64,000 nucleotides of DNA, taken from the NCBI RefSeq assembly GCF_009914755.1, contig NC_060928.1; one strand, 5' to 3'. The notes below the pieces were generated by a model that was not told where the DNA came from, did not search any database, and saw only the letters and a program-made list of their open reading frames with translations. Both the position numbers and the translations under genes were made by a program. This document shows positions 13,437-27,793 of this stretch, in pieces; position 1 is the first letter of the stretch, and each line of letters starts with the position of its first letter. Origin of the DNA: the human T2T-CHM13v2.0 reference genome, Homo sapiens.

Positions 13437-15259
13437 AACCATAGTTCATTCAACTATCTTATGGGAAATTAAAATTTTCTCTGTGTTTTTCTGCTTAGGA
13501 CACAAGCTGTACTTTATATAATCAGTTTGTAAATACATTTCAAAGCTCTTCAGTTGGTAAGCTGATAGAATTGTATTACTGTTTAGCCACGGAAGGTAAA
13601 CAGTTTTTTTTAATAAATTTAAATAAAAGGAATTAATTTTTTTAGATCATGAAATGCTTTATTATTTGGTGTTTTTGATGGATGGCCACTTTACATAGAA
13701 ATTTGTTTTTTCTGCCTCAGAAGCAGTATTTCTGTTAAATTGCCTGTTATTAATTAGGCTATTTTTTATTCAAAAATATTAACTTTTATGGAATACCTTT
13801 ATTTTCCCCTATGAACTTGAGAAAAATGAGTTTTTATTAGAGGCTGTAGTATAACACTAACTAAAATGTAGTTTGGAAAGTTTTATTGAGTTTTTCTTCC
13901 TTAACCTTTTCTTTGGCTGGCTGCAAACAACTAGTGATAATGTGTTTTTAGATGTGCTTATTTTCACCTCTTCCTCCTGGAGGTTAAGCTAGTACTCATT
14001 AAGGAAAAAATACAGTTTATACTAAACAGTGTTTAACATATACTGATGGTATTACTGTATTTCCTGTTTTGTGTTCACAATGAGAAGATTCTGAAAAACT
14101 GTCTTTGTGTAAATACTTTACTGACATACCAGACAAGTATAATCTTGTCTGCTGGTAGGCAGGAAAGAGTGATGTCCTGGAATGTTGTTGAGAAGGAAAT
14201 CTCTTTGTGTTCCACAAATGATACCCTTAAACCCTTTAAGAATATAATTTTAAAATGACAGCTCTGAATTTGCTTTTCCTTCCGTTTATTAACTTTTCAT
14301 GCGTTTAAGTTCAGAAATGCATTTAGTTGGGAAAAAAACCATTGTGTCTGAGAAAGAAGTATCTCCCTGGTAGTTTGTGGGAAATTATTGGTAGAAGTAT
14401 CTCAGGGTAAACATAAAAACAGATTTAATAATTGTTGCTTTTTGTTTTCTTAGTTTAAACTTTTTCTGATACTTGAGTCAGGCTTTTGGTAATTCTCTAC
14501 AGGCTTAAAAAAATGCAGCATCTCCAACAACCATCCGAAACATCTACCCAAGAAGTAATTTGGGGAGATTGTTGTTAGAACACAAATTTTTTTTAAAGTT
14601 AGAGTTGGAGTTTTTAAATTTTATTATTTAATGTGAGTCATTAAGACATATGAAAAGCTGTTGTGTAGTGTTAACATTGAATATTCTAGTGAATGGATTT
14701 TTATATACTTAATTATTATAGCTGAGAGTTCACTTAAAATTATACTGATGTTTCTGTTCAGTGACTGAAAAAAAAATGATTATGGTTAAACCCTTAAATA
14801 ATTGACAAAACAGACATCACAGACTAGACCTGTGTGTGATTTCTGGGTCAGTGGTTCTTTTTCTTCTTCTTCTTTAGTACTCCCATCATTATTACTTACA
14901 GTGATTTTGTACTTCAGCTCTCACTCTAAAACCCAGCAAAATGGAGAATTATCTGTAAGAGTCTCCAAATACAAGGTTTAAAATGCTTGTTAATAATTTT
15001 CAAACTTTAGAAAAGTATTATATGCTTTTTTTCATCTTGAAGTTCTTGCATTGTTAATGCATGTCATATGTTGTATCCTTTGTTAAAGTATTTGCTTAAA
15101 AATATGTGGGACATTATCCTTCATATAGACCTGTTTTCATAAATCTGCTCTGATGAATTCTGAAATATGGAGGCTACTGCATTTTCAATTAAAAATCTTA
15201 AAGGGAATACTTTAAGACAAAAGAGCTAAGTAATTCAAACAAGTATTAACTAATATGGT

Positions 15260-15580
15260 AGTTTCATGGTATCAGAAATTCAGATTACTTCTGTGCCATC
15301 CCTTAGGCCACATGGTAAAAAGTATCTCACTGTCACATTAGTTGGGTTCTCATTCAGGTCAACAAGAATTAGGAGATAAGGTAATAGCTCATCCCTGCCG
15401 TTTAAGAGCATAACCCATAAATTGCAGCTATCATTTACATCCCATTGGCTAATCTTAGCTACAAGGTAATATTCAGCTGCAAGAGAGGCTGTAAAATAAA
15501 TATATTCTCTATTTTGAGGGGCTGGGATTTAAATTTGGCTTTAACTCAGGGGTTTCATTACTAAAGAGAAAAACTAACAG
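15260..15580 (-). mobile_element. Old MLT1 (J/K-like) LTR fragment
   Basis: acatcccattggctaatcttag...agctgcaagagaggctgtaaaat resembles the MLT1J/K motif. Confidence 0.55.
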
Positions 15581-15609
15581 TCTCTGCGATTACCTGTTAG
15601 CACCATCAG

Positions 15610-15910
15610 CTGTCATTGTCCACTCCTTCCTCTTTGAAACATTCCTCTTTGTTTTACGTGACACAGTAATACCTAATTTTTCTTCTATTTCTTTGTCCTC
15701 CTTGACTCCTTTACATATTTATTCTGGTCTGCCTAGCCACAGAATGTTGCAGTTTGTCAAGGCTGGGCACAGGACCCATCTTCTCTCATCCACATCCATG
15801 GCTTCAGTTGTCAGCTGTGATTCAGTGCCTAATTCAGCTCAGATCTTTGCTCTGACCGATTCAACCATCTACTTACATGTCTCAAAGGCACTTGCAGTTC
15901 AACATGTTTT
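15610..15910 (+). mobile_element. L2 fragment
   Basis: ccactccttcctctttgaaacattcctct...catggcttcagtt...tcaaccatctacttacatgtctcaaaggcactt. Confidence 0.6.
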
Positions 15911-16059
15911 TAAATTTTGTTCTAAATTATATATATAATTATATAATCTTAATTTTATGAAGTAAATTCTATTACCATCCTTGATCATACACGTGAGAAA
16001 CTGAAACACAGATGGTTAAGAAACTTGACCAACATAGCTGGTAACTGTTATGTGAGGTT

Positions 16060-16368
16060 TTTTGTTGTTGTTTTGTTTTTGAGGTAGGGTCTTACTCTGT
16101 TGCCCAGACTGAAGAGCAGTGGTGCAATCATAGCTCATTGCAACCTCAAACTCCTGGGCTCAAACCATCCCCCACCTCAGTCTCCCAAGTAGCAGGGACT
16201 ATAGGTGCAGGCCACAGTGCCCAGCTAATATATATATTTTTTTAATTTATGTAGATATGAGGTCTCTCTATGTTGCTGAGGCTGGTTTCAAACTCCTGGC
16301 CTCAAGCAGTCCTTTCACCTCAGCTTCCCAAAGTACTGAGATGACAGGCGTGAGACACGATGCCAGGT
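16060..16368 (-). mobile_element. AluJ
   Basis: T-rich tail then gggtcttactctgttgcccag...catagctcattgcaacctcaaactcctgggctcaa. Confidence 0.93.
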
Positions 16369-17345
16369 TCAGTTCTATCAGTTTTGATAAATGCATAGAA
16401 TTGGGTAACCACCAACACAATCACAATGCAAAACAATTTATTTACTCCAAAAATTTATTCTTGCAGCCACCACTGGTGGGATGTCTTCTTTCCACCACTG
16501 ACCCCTGGCAACTACTGATCTGTCCTGTAGTTTTGCCCATTTCCCAAATGTCATATAAATGTAATCATGCCCATGTCATCTTTGAGTATAACCTCTTTTA
16601 TTTCACATGTTTTCGAGATTCGTCTGTGTTACTGTATCAGTAGTTTGTTCCTTTTTTATTATTGGGTATTATTCCGCTATATAGATGCACTACAGTTTGT
16701 TTATACATAATAAACAATAAAGGACATTTTAGATTGTTTGCAGCTTTTGCTATGAAGAATGTTGCAGTACACATTCACAGACTGGTTTTTATGTGAACAA
16801 AACTTCTTATATCTAATATGATTCTAGGAGTGGATTTACTGAATCATAGGGTAATTAACTGTATGCTTAATTTTATATAAACTGCCCTATTACTTTCCAG
16901 ATTGCCTGAACTATATTCCCACCAACAATATATGAGCATTCCAGGTGCCCTGCATACTTGCTAGTGCTTGTTATTGTCAGTGTTTTTTTTTTCTTTAGTT
17001 TTAATCATTCTGTTAGTTATATAGTATTATCTTATTGTGGTTTTAATCTGCATTGCTCTTATTACCAGCAATATCAGGCATCTCTTCATTTGCTTATTTG
17101 TAATTTGAACATTTTGTTTGGTGAAATGTTTTCTTTGGATCAATTTTTACCCTTTCAATGGGTTGTTTTCTTTACGTATTCTGGATCAAAATCCTTTATC
17201 GAGCATATTACAAACCTTCTCTTAATCTGTAGCTTGTCTTTTCTTTTTATTAACACTGTAGTTCACAGAGCAAAAAATTTTAGTTTTGAAGAAGTACAAT
17301 TTCCTTTTTTAAAATCAACTCTTTACTTATGTATAATGTCTCCTA
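16369..17345 (-). mobile_element. Old L1 (L1MC/MD-like) 3' region
   Basis: gttttgataaatgcatag...cccctggcaactactgatctg...ttattgtggttttaatctgcatt is antisense L1M. Confidence 0.8.
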
Positions 17346-17354
17346 TGGGGATTT

Positions 17355-18172
17355 TTAAAATTATTTTTTTATTGCGGTAAAAAAGCACATAACATAAAAG
17401 ATACCATCTTAACTGTTTATTTTTCTTTTCTATCTTAGCAGTTTCTAAGTTTACAGTTTAGTAGTATTAAGTATATTCACATTGTTGCACAGCCTCCAAA
17501 ACTTTTTCATCATGGAAAACAGAAAATCTGTACCCATTAAACAACTCTGCATTACCTCCTCCCCCCAGTCCCTTTCTACTTTGTTTCTATGAATTTGACT
17601 GCTCTGGATACCTCATATAAGTGGAATTGTGCAGTATGTGTCTTTTGTAACTGGCTTATTTTAATTTAGCATAACGTCCTCAAGATTATTTTATGTTATA
17701 TAATGTATCAGAATTTCTTTTTTGAGGCTGAATATTTTATTATATGTATATACCACATCTTGTTATCCATTCATCTGTAGATGGACAGTTAGGTTGTATC
17801 CACCTCTTGGCTATTATGAATAGTGGTATTACAAACATGGTGTGTGAATATCTATTTGAGATCTGCTTTCAATTTTTTGATATGTACTCAGAAGTGAAAT
17901 TGCTAGATCATATAGTATTTCTATTTTTAATGTTTTGAATAACTGCCATACTATTTTCCACAGTTAATAACATTTTATATTCATTCACAGTTAATAACCA
18001 TTTTATATTCATTCCAATAGTGGGAACAAGGTTTTAAATTTCTGATTCTTTTCTTTTTTCTTTTTTGATAGTATGTATCCTAATGGGTATGAGGCGACAT
18101 GCATTGTGATTGTGATCTGTACTTCCCTAATGATTAGTGATTTTCACTATATTTTCATGTGCTTCTTGGCCT
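17355..18172 (-). mobile_element. L1MB-like 3' end
   Basis: attgcggtaaaaaagcacataacataaaa...gtattaagtatattcacattgttg...cccattaaacaactc...tccctaatgattagtga. Confidence 0.85.
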
Positions 18173-18598
18173 TTTCCCCCCCAGATTTATTGAAGTATGA
18201 TTGACAAACAAAAATTGCATATCTTTAGAGTGTACAACATGATGTTTATATACACAGACACATATACATTGTTATTAACTGTAGTCACCACCATGCTCTA
18301 CATTAGGTCTTTAATACTTATTCATCTTGTGGCTGAGGGTTTGTATCCTTTGACTAATATCGCACTTTTCCCAACCCTTAGGTCCCAACCATTCTATTCT
18401 CTGTTAATAGGAGTTCAGCTGTTTTTTAGATTCCACATATAAGTGAGATCATGTAGTACTTGTCTTTCTGTGTTTGGCTTATTTCACTTAGCGTGATGTT
18501 TTCAGAGTTCATCCATGTTGTCGCAAATGGCAAGATTTCCTTCTTTTTTATGGCTGAATTATATTTGTGTGTGTGTGTGTGTGTATACATATATGTAC

Positions 18599-18668
18599 AT
18601 TCACAATAGCCAAGCTATGGAAACAACCAGTGTTCATTGATAGAAGAATGGACAAAGAAAACATGATG

Positions 18669-18701
<33 letters not shown>

Positions 18702-18799
18702 GTGCATATATATTTGCATGTGTACACACACATCACATTTTCTTTATTCATTCTCTGTCAATGGACACAGGTTGTTTCCATAGCTTGGCTATTGTGAAT
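18599..18799. repeat. Inverted repeat: ~78-bp arms around a (TA)n spacer
   Basis: 18599-18628 is the exact reverse complement of 18770-18799. The arms continue inward with scattered mismatches. Confidence 0.95.
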
Positions 18800-18801
18800 A
18801 A

Positions 18802-19165
<364 letters not shown>

Positions 19166-19189
19166 GATTTCAATCCTTTGTGTATACAT

Positions 19190-19567
19190 TGCCAACCTAA
19201 ATAGCAGGCAGAGAGGTTCTCCGAAGATAATGGGTTTGTTCGAGACTGCATAGAGGATTTGCAGTTCTGGGATATGCAGCCTATGGGGACCACAGGCATA
19301 TCCAAAGAGGTTCAGGCAAGGGGATGCTTTTAAAGGTAAAGGAGAAAAGTAGTAGTTTATTTTGAAACAATGACAACATTGGTTACGGGGCTTATCACAG
19401 GAGCTGACACCAGTTCTTTAGTGGAAACTGTGTCAGGCAAGTGTTCTTGTGCATCTGGCTAGCTGTCCTTGTGACTCCTGTAACAATCTGCAGTTTAGAA
19501 CGTTGTGGTTACAGGCATATGTGCCTAAGAGTCCTTCATACAGTGTCTGTTATAGTTCCTATCATAG

Positions 19568-19598
<31 letters not shown>

Positions 19599-19690
19599 GC
19601 CTCCCTTTGTAAACTCCTAGCTTTATTTATATATATTTTTTGTTTGAGTTTGACACAGGTGACTTCATTTTGATTCTGATACCTTTTACA
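19190..19690 (-). mobile_element. MER31/MER67-like ERV1 solo LTR
   Basis: TG...CA bounded ~500 bp that interrupts L1 at tatac/atacccagtagtggg. The right-end reverse complement TGTAAAAGGTATCAGAATCAAAATGAAGTCAC resembles the MER31/67 start. Confidence 0.7.
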
Positions 19691-20700
19691 ATACCCAGTA
19701 GTGGGATTGCTGAATCATATGGTCATTCTGTTTTTACTTTTTTGGGTAACCTAGACATTGTTTTCTTAAATGGCTATACTAATTTACAATATCACTTTAT
19801 ATTGTTTTCTTAAATGGCTTTACTAATTTACAGTGTCACTAACGGTGGATAAGGATTCCCTAGTTTTCACATCCTTGCCAAAACTTACTGTCTTTCATCT
19901 TTCTGATGGCCAGTCTGACAGATGTGAGGTGACATCTCATTGTGGTTTTAATTTGCATTTCTCATTATTAGAGATATTGAGCACTTGTATTTGTTGGACT
20001 TTTGTGTATCTTTTGAGAAATGTGTATTGAAGTTCTTTCCAGTTTTTAATAGGGTTATGTGTTCTCTTGATATTGAGTAGTTTGAGTTCCTTGTATATTT
20101 TAGATATTAGCTCTTTATTAGATGTATGATTTGCATATGTTTCTCCCAATCTGGGGTTTTTCTCTTCACTCTATTGTTTCTTTGGTGTGCAGAAGCTTTT
20201 TAGTTTAATGCAGTTCCATTGGTTTATTTTTGCTTTCATTGCCTGTGCTTTTGAGGTTATATCCAAGAAATCTCTGTCTGTGGAGCTTTTTCTCTTAGGT
20301 TTTCTTCTAGTAGTTTTATTTTCAGGTCTTCTGCTTAAGTCTTCAATTTATTTTGACTTGATTCATGTATAAGGGGTGAGAAAAGGGTCCATTTTTATTC
20401 TATATGTGGATATTCAGTTTGCTCGTCATCACTTATTGTAGAGACTGTCCTTTCCCCATTGTATGTTCTTGGCATCATCATCAAAAATCAATTGACTATA
20501 GACATGTGGATTTATTTCTGCTCTCTCTGTCCTATTCCATTCGTTGATGTGTCTGTTTTGATGCTAGGTATGGCTTTGCAGTATATTTTATAATCTGTTT
20601 GTGTGATGCTTCCAGCTTTGTTCTTTTTGGTCAAGATTATTTTGACTATTCTGGGCCTTTGTGATTCCATATGAATTTTAGGATTTTTTTTTTTTTTTTT

Positions 20701-22140
20701 TGCAAAGGATCCTAAGAAACTACTATGAACAATTATATGTCAACAAATCATATAACCTAGAAAAATGGATAGAAACATTTAACATAACAAAACTGAATCA
20801 AGAGATTGGAAATCTGAACAGACCAATAATTAGTAAGGAGATTGACTCAGTAAGTAGAAGTCTGTCATCAGTGGAAAGCCCAGAACCACATGACTTTATG
20901 GCTGAATTCTACCACACGTTTAAAGAAGGGCTAATACTAATCCTCCTCAAACTCTTCTGAAAAATTGAAGAGGAGGGAATACCTCCAGACTCATTTTATG
21001 AGGCCAGAATCACCCTCTTACCAAAGCCAGACAAAGACATTACAAAACAAAACTATAGGCCAGTATTCCTGATGATCATTGATGTAAAAATTCTCAACAA
21101 AATACTAGCAAACCATAGTCAATAGTACATTATAAGGATCATTTACCAGTAGATCAAGTGGGATTTATTCCTGGAATGTAGATTGCTTCAACATAAGCAA
21201 ATCAATAAATGTGACTTACCATATTAACAGAATGAAGGACAAAAACTACATGATCATTTCAATAGATGCAGAAAAAGCCTTTAACAACATTCAGCATCCT
21301 GTCATGATTAAAAATCTCTTTAACAAATTAGGTACAGAAGGAATGTTCCTCCACACAGTAGAGGCCATATATGGCAAGTCTGCAGCTAACAGCATACTCA
21401 ATACTGAAGAGCTAAAGGCTTTTTTTCTAATATCATGAACAATACAAGATGCTTACCTATTCTCACCATTTCTTTTGAACATAGTTCTGGAAGTCCTAGC
21501 CAGAGCAATTAGACAAGAGAAAGAAATAAAAGGCATCCTAATAGGAAAGGATGAAGTGAAATTATCTTTGTTTGCTGACTACATGATCTTATACAGTTAC
21601 ACCTCTGTATCTGTGGGTTCTGCATCTTTGGATTCAACCAACCACAGATTGAAAATACTCAGAAAAAAATGGATAGTTATGCCTGCTGAATATCTACAGA
21701 CTTTTTTCTTGTCACTCTTCATCAAACAATATAGTATAACAACGTTTACATAGCATTTACATGTATTAGGTATTTTAAGTAATCTAGCGATCATTTAAAG
21801 TATATGGGATAGGCATAGGTTATATGCAAATACTATGCCATTTTATATAAAGGACTTGAGCATCCATGGAGTTTAGTATCCTCCAGGTTGCCTGGAACTA
21901 ATCCCTCATAGATACTGAGGGACAGCTATATATAGAAAATCCTAAGGACTCCACCCAAAACTGCTAGAATTCATAAACCCAATAAAGTTGCAGGGTACAA
22001 AATCAACCTACACAAACCAGTAGCATTTTGTTTTACACTAACAACAAACTGTCTGAAAAAAATTAAGAAAACAATCTCATTTACAATAGTATGAAAAAAT
22101 AAGTAAAACAATTAGTAAACAAGGAAGTAAAAGATTTGTA
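20701..22140 (+). mobile_element. L1 ORF2 (RT region), inverted relative to the adjacent L1MA and interrupted by MER2
   Basis: Broken ORF2 peptides [43 protein letters not shown] and [10 protein letters not shown]. Confidence 0.93.
21594..21928 (-). mobile_element. MER2 (Tigger-family MITE)
   Basis: gtatctgtgggttctgcatctttggattcaaccaacc...aggacttgagcatcc...gatactgagggacagct; inserted at TA, with L1 resuming tatagaaaatcct. Confidence 0.9.
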
Positions 22141-22344
22141 ATTTCCAAATATTTGGAAATTTTTCAGTAACTCAGTGTCTTTAACTAATAATTTAATCAT
22201 TCTAGTAAGAAAACATGCTTTGTATGATTTTAGTCTTTACATTTATTAATTTATGTAAATTAATATGTGGGTTTTATGATCACCCACGACATTGTCCTAA
22301 CTTGTCGACTGTTCTGTGTGCTCTTTTAAAGAAGGTAGTCTGTT

Positions 22345-22958
<614 letters not shown>

Positions 22959-23007
22959 GAGAATGTAGTCTGTTGTTGGGTGCAGTGTTTTATAGAGGTC
23001 ATTTAGT

Positions 23008-23331
23008 CAGTGGTCCCCAACCTTTTTGGCACCAGGGACCAGTTTTGTGAAAGACAATTTTTCCACAGGTGTGGGGCGGGGGTTGGTTTCGGGATGAAAC
23101 TATTTCACTTCAGATCAGGCATTAGATTCTCATAAGGAGCACACAACGTAGATACCTTGCACGCACAATTCACAGTAGGGTTCACACTTCTATGAGTGCG
23201 CATCTAACGGTGCGGCTGATCAGGCAGTAATGCTTGCTTGCTTGTCTGCTGCTCACCTTCTGCTGTGCAGACCAGTTCTTAATAGGCTGCAATCTGGTAC
23301 TGATCCACAACCCGGGGGTTGATGACCCCTG
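23008..23331 (+). mobile_element. MER1B (hAT-Charlie)
   Basis: cagtggtccccaacctttttggcaccagggacc...gggggttgatgacccctg; flanks atttagt / atttaggt form a near-TSD. Confidence 0.92.
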
Positions 23332-24279
23332 ATTTAGGTCACTTTGGTTGATTATGCTGCTATTCATGTATTTGATATTCTTGAAGAATTTCTATTTGGT
23401 CTATTCTTTTGGTTCCTGAGAGAGAAATGATGAAGTCTCCAAGTGTAATTGTGGATTTCTCTATTTCTCCTTTCATTTTCTTCAGCTTTGCTTCATCTGT
23501 GTTGAAGCTCTATTCTTAGATGCATTCACATTTATCAATTGTTGCACCCTCTACATCTCTTGGTAATTTTTGTATTCTGACATCTAACTTCCTCAGATTT
23601 TAACACAATCAATCCACTTTTCTTTTGCTGGTGATCACGTGGTCTCATTTTACATTCTTTTAACATGTATGTATTATTTTATTACAGTTGACTTTCATAT
23701 AGATAGCATTCAATTTGTATCTTGTTTGCTGTACAGTCTTAATCAGGTTTCTTAAAGTTGTGTTTATACCATTTAGTATAAATTTCCATATGTTTGGGTT
23801 TATGTCTGTGACTTTATTGTTTGCTGTTTGCTTCCGTTTTTCATTCTTCGGTTTTCCTTTTTCTGCCTTCTTTTGAATTATTGGAATATTTTTTATTACT
23901 TTAATTCATTTACTGGCATTTTAAAATTTCTTTGTTTTGTGTGTTGCTCTAGCAATTACAATATTCACATCTAAGTTTTCACAGTCTACTTAGAGTTAAT
24001 ATTTTATCACTTGAAGTTTCTATACATTAGTATAGAACCCTTACAATGATCTAGGTCAAGAAGATAGGGAAAATGGATATTTGATGACAGCTGGGTGTCT
24101 GCCACAAAGGACAACATTAAGTTGCCTTTTAGCCCACACTTCTCTTAATCTTTTCTGTACTGCTTGTTATGCATCCTTTAATTATTTGTTTTATTCTATA
24201 TTAATTTCAGCCTATAGTGTGCAATTATATGGAAAATAACGTTATGTCCATGCCTCCTTTCTTGGGATATTTCCTAAAT

Positions 24280-24425
24280 TCAGTATGAGATTGTTGATAT
24301 AGATAAGAAAACTGACTTGCAAAGAGATTTCATTGCCCCAGGTAACACAGCTAAGTGGGAGAGCTGCAATTTGTACTCTGAGTCTGGTTTTGGGGTCTGC
24401 ACATTTGACCACAATGCTACTGCCT
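24280..24425 (-). mobile_element. MIR
   Basis: atagataagaaaactga...ttgccccaggtaacacagctaagtggg. Confidence 0.65.
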
Positions 24426-27403
24426 GTATTTTACTTAAGATAATAGTTATGTTTATGACAAACCTCTAAGTATGTATGACTTCTAAATTTACACATTCTT
24501 TGAGTGTTCTAATTTCATTGTCATAAAAGCTTACTATTTTCTCATTTTTAAGACATATTTCATACTTCTTAAGATAGCTCTTAAATTTATTCCAGAAACT
24601 TTAAACATTTTTGATATTGTTGAACTAGTTTTGGAATCAAAACAATTTGTGATTCCCACATAATTGCAGTTAAATTTTTTCAGTGTAATTTTAAAAATAC
24701 CTTATGGGAAAATACTACTGCAAGTTGTGTAACACTTTAATTATCTATTTTTTGTAATCATAACAGCGTACACTTAACATTTGGAAAAAAAATAAATATA
24801 TTCAAAATATACTTTTTCATTTTTTTAAGGTAATATTTGGTATTTATAGGTCTTCAAGCCCAGGAGCCTACAACCGACAGACTGGGAACCATACTTTATA
24901 CTATTAGTGAATAATAATAACAAAAATAAGATTTACATTTTTTCTTAGGATACCAGAGTTGAATAAATTCAAATTTAGAAACACATATACATGTATATGT
25001 ATAAAATATATGTATATCAAAGAACTAGAATTTTTAATCAGACTCAAACCTTACCAGTGAAATGGGAATACTCTTTACATTATCCACCTAAAATGTTCCT
25101 ATTAACCATGTGGTTTTAAGAGGTATTTAAATTTTGGAATTTTTAATAGCTATCTGTTTCTTCTGTAACTTTGATTATATTATAGCTTTTCTTGAATGAG
25201 GAGATAAAACAGATGTAAATATTAAGACAAAAGCTTGATGCCTATGAAACAAATTATTTCCAAGTACATAGAGTGAAAATACTTTAAAAGCCTTTGAATT
25301 TGGCAACTTTCTCTTTGCATTCCCTTTCCTGATTCTGTAGCAATCACTGTCTTGTTCTTAATGAACTGGTACTCAAAGGTCATTCAGAAAGATTCATTAA
25401 AACCAGTAGGGAAATAATTCTACAGACTTCCTTTAACCAACCTGTAGTTTTGTTTTCTTTCTTAATAGCCTCAGGTCTCAGACACAACCATCTTTTATTT
25501 ATTTTTTCTTTCTTTCTGGAATCAAATAACTTTTAAAGATTTGAGAAAATCAGCACCAATATTTGAAGATTAAAACTTGATCCATCTGTCAGTTAGAATT
25601 TTGATTTGGAAAAGCCGCAGGTAACAGTGTAAATTCTAGTTTTACAAATGTAGTAATAAAGAATATACTTCAGTGGCAATTTAAACTTCATATTAGTGAA
25701 TTAAGATACTCAGTAAGTTTCAGGGTATTAGATTGATAAAGCAATACCTGGATTAATGACTAGTCATTATGAGGTGTACTTTTATCTTTCATTTAAGTCA
25801 AAACTTATGTTGCATTACATGCTTTACAAAAATTGCCACATTATTACATTATGGTTTGGCCATAAATAGGAGCAATTTTGGGAACCATTTATTTTGTGAA
25901 TGGTTACTGATTTTCTGAATCATTCAAGTTCTACATTCTATTAAATTTTATAAGCCTATTATTTAATATGAGCTTTTTCTGTTTTCAGACTGATACCCAT
26001 TATTTTTCAGTCATAGCAGAGAAATAGGTTTCCAGGATAAAACAAATTGTTCAGGTATTCAAGCAGCCCTCAGGAGTAGGCAAATATCAACAGATAGGTC
26101 ACTGAGAGATCAAGGGATTTACTCTTTTCTTTGGTATACCATAGTTCTTGAAGGCTAAAATTTTGGTAACTGTTTCAGGAAAATAAATACTGTACTATAT
26201 TTCGTTTCTTTCCTTCAATCCTGTTATGTAAAGTAAACAAACCTGTTTTCAGAATATCTAACCTTTAGTTGAGTAAATGACAGGTAGGAAATAAAGCTGT
26301 TGATACAGGAGAATGAGTAAGTGAAAAAATCCATCCTTTGTCAACCACTCTTATTTTTTAAATTGAATCTGCTTTCAGTTTCAGTAGTTGGGAGTGCTAG
26401 ATGTACATAGCTTAATGGATTTGGTGCTTAAAATTCTGGTTTTCTTCTTTTACTTACATTCCAACATCACAATAGAAAATAATGCAAATAGCCTTCTAAA
26501 TGATTGATATATGATGATATGTTAGGCTTATTTATTGAGTCAATGCTTCACACCTGTTCTGTGTCACAACACCTCCCTTAGAGGATAAGGTTTTTTTTTT
26601 TTTTAAAAAAGCGATTCTTTCTTGTAATGCCACAGGCATTATAAATCTCTCAATTGAAAAATACTGAATTAAATTTGCTTCTTATTTAAAACTACTTAAG
26701 GGTAACCCTTTGTATACTTGTTTTTTAAAGTTGATTGCTTATTATCACATTGCTCTATGTGTATTCCCATTTTTTAAACTTTGACAAGATACTAATTTTT
26801 ATATTCATGGTAATAATAATCTTAACATTATATAACATTTTCACAATATGGAGTTTACTGAAAACAAATCTAAAATTTTACATTTAAGTTCACTAAAGTA
26901 ACACTTGTAGGATGAGAAAGATTTTACTTGTTTGGTGGTACATGGAAATTTGACCCCACATGGAACAAAAGTTAACATTGTCATGAAACTACTAAAAAAA
27001 ATGCTCGTGTCATTTTAGCCTACATTAATTATAGCATCTAGATTGCATAACTAATAACTTCATAGTATTCTGTCCTGGTGAGATGACATCTAGAATATAA
27101 CACACAATTTTGAGATTTCATGATTTGCAACTAATTTTGGACATAACAGGCAAGGTCCACAGCATATTTTTACCATGGATAATAGAATGTAAAATAGTTA
27201 CTGTTTTCATGTGTTTAAAAGTCTGTTCTCTAGAAAAGACATGATTTTAAAAGAAAGTTTCTAGCAAAACAAAAAGAATAACTTTGTGGTGAATTGGAAT
27301 TTTTCACTAGGGGACTTGCTTGTTCTGGTAGGCATTGATCTCCCAGTTGTTCTGGGTGCTTTTAAAAATTATATTACATTTCTGCTGCATTGACTAGGAA
27401 GTT

Positions 27404-27557
27404 AAAATTAGCCAGGCATGGTGGCGTGGGCCTGTAGTCCCAGCTACTCAGGAGACTGAGGCAGAAGAATCGCTTGAACCCAGAGGCGGAGGTTGCAGTG
27501 AGCCAAAATTGCCCCACTGCACTCTCCAGTCTGGGTGACAGAGCGAGACTCGGTCTC

Positions 27558-27588
<31 letters not shown>

Positions 27589-27589
27589 C
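27404..27589 (+). mobile_element. AluS right arm only
   Basis: aaaattagccaggcatggtggcg...gagcgagactcggtctc followed by a (CAAAA)n tail. Confidence 0.93.
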
Positions 27590-27793
27590 AGTGTTACTCT
27601 ATAGTGTACTGTGTTGCCAGATTTGTTTTGCCCACCTGTAGGCTAATGTAAGTATTCTGAGCATGTTTAAGTTAGGCTGGGCTAAGCTATGATGTTCAGT
27701 AGGGTAGGTATGTTAAATATTTTTTTGATTTAATATTTTGAGCTTGATGGGTTTATCAGAATGGAACTCCGTTGTAAGTAGAGGCTCGATCTG
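27590..27793 (-). mobile_element. MER47/Tigger5-family fragment
   Basis: tgtaggctaatgtaagtattctgagcatgtttaag..gctaagctatgatgttc is the reverse complement of the 5' part of the 8297 element. Confidence 0.8.

Noticed and set aside
25560-25626. Donor-like GCAG|gtaaca (and CAG|gtaggg at ~43006) as coding exon ends
   Set aside because: No convincing paired acceptor or recognisable open frame.
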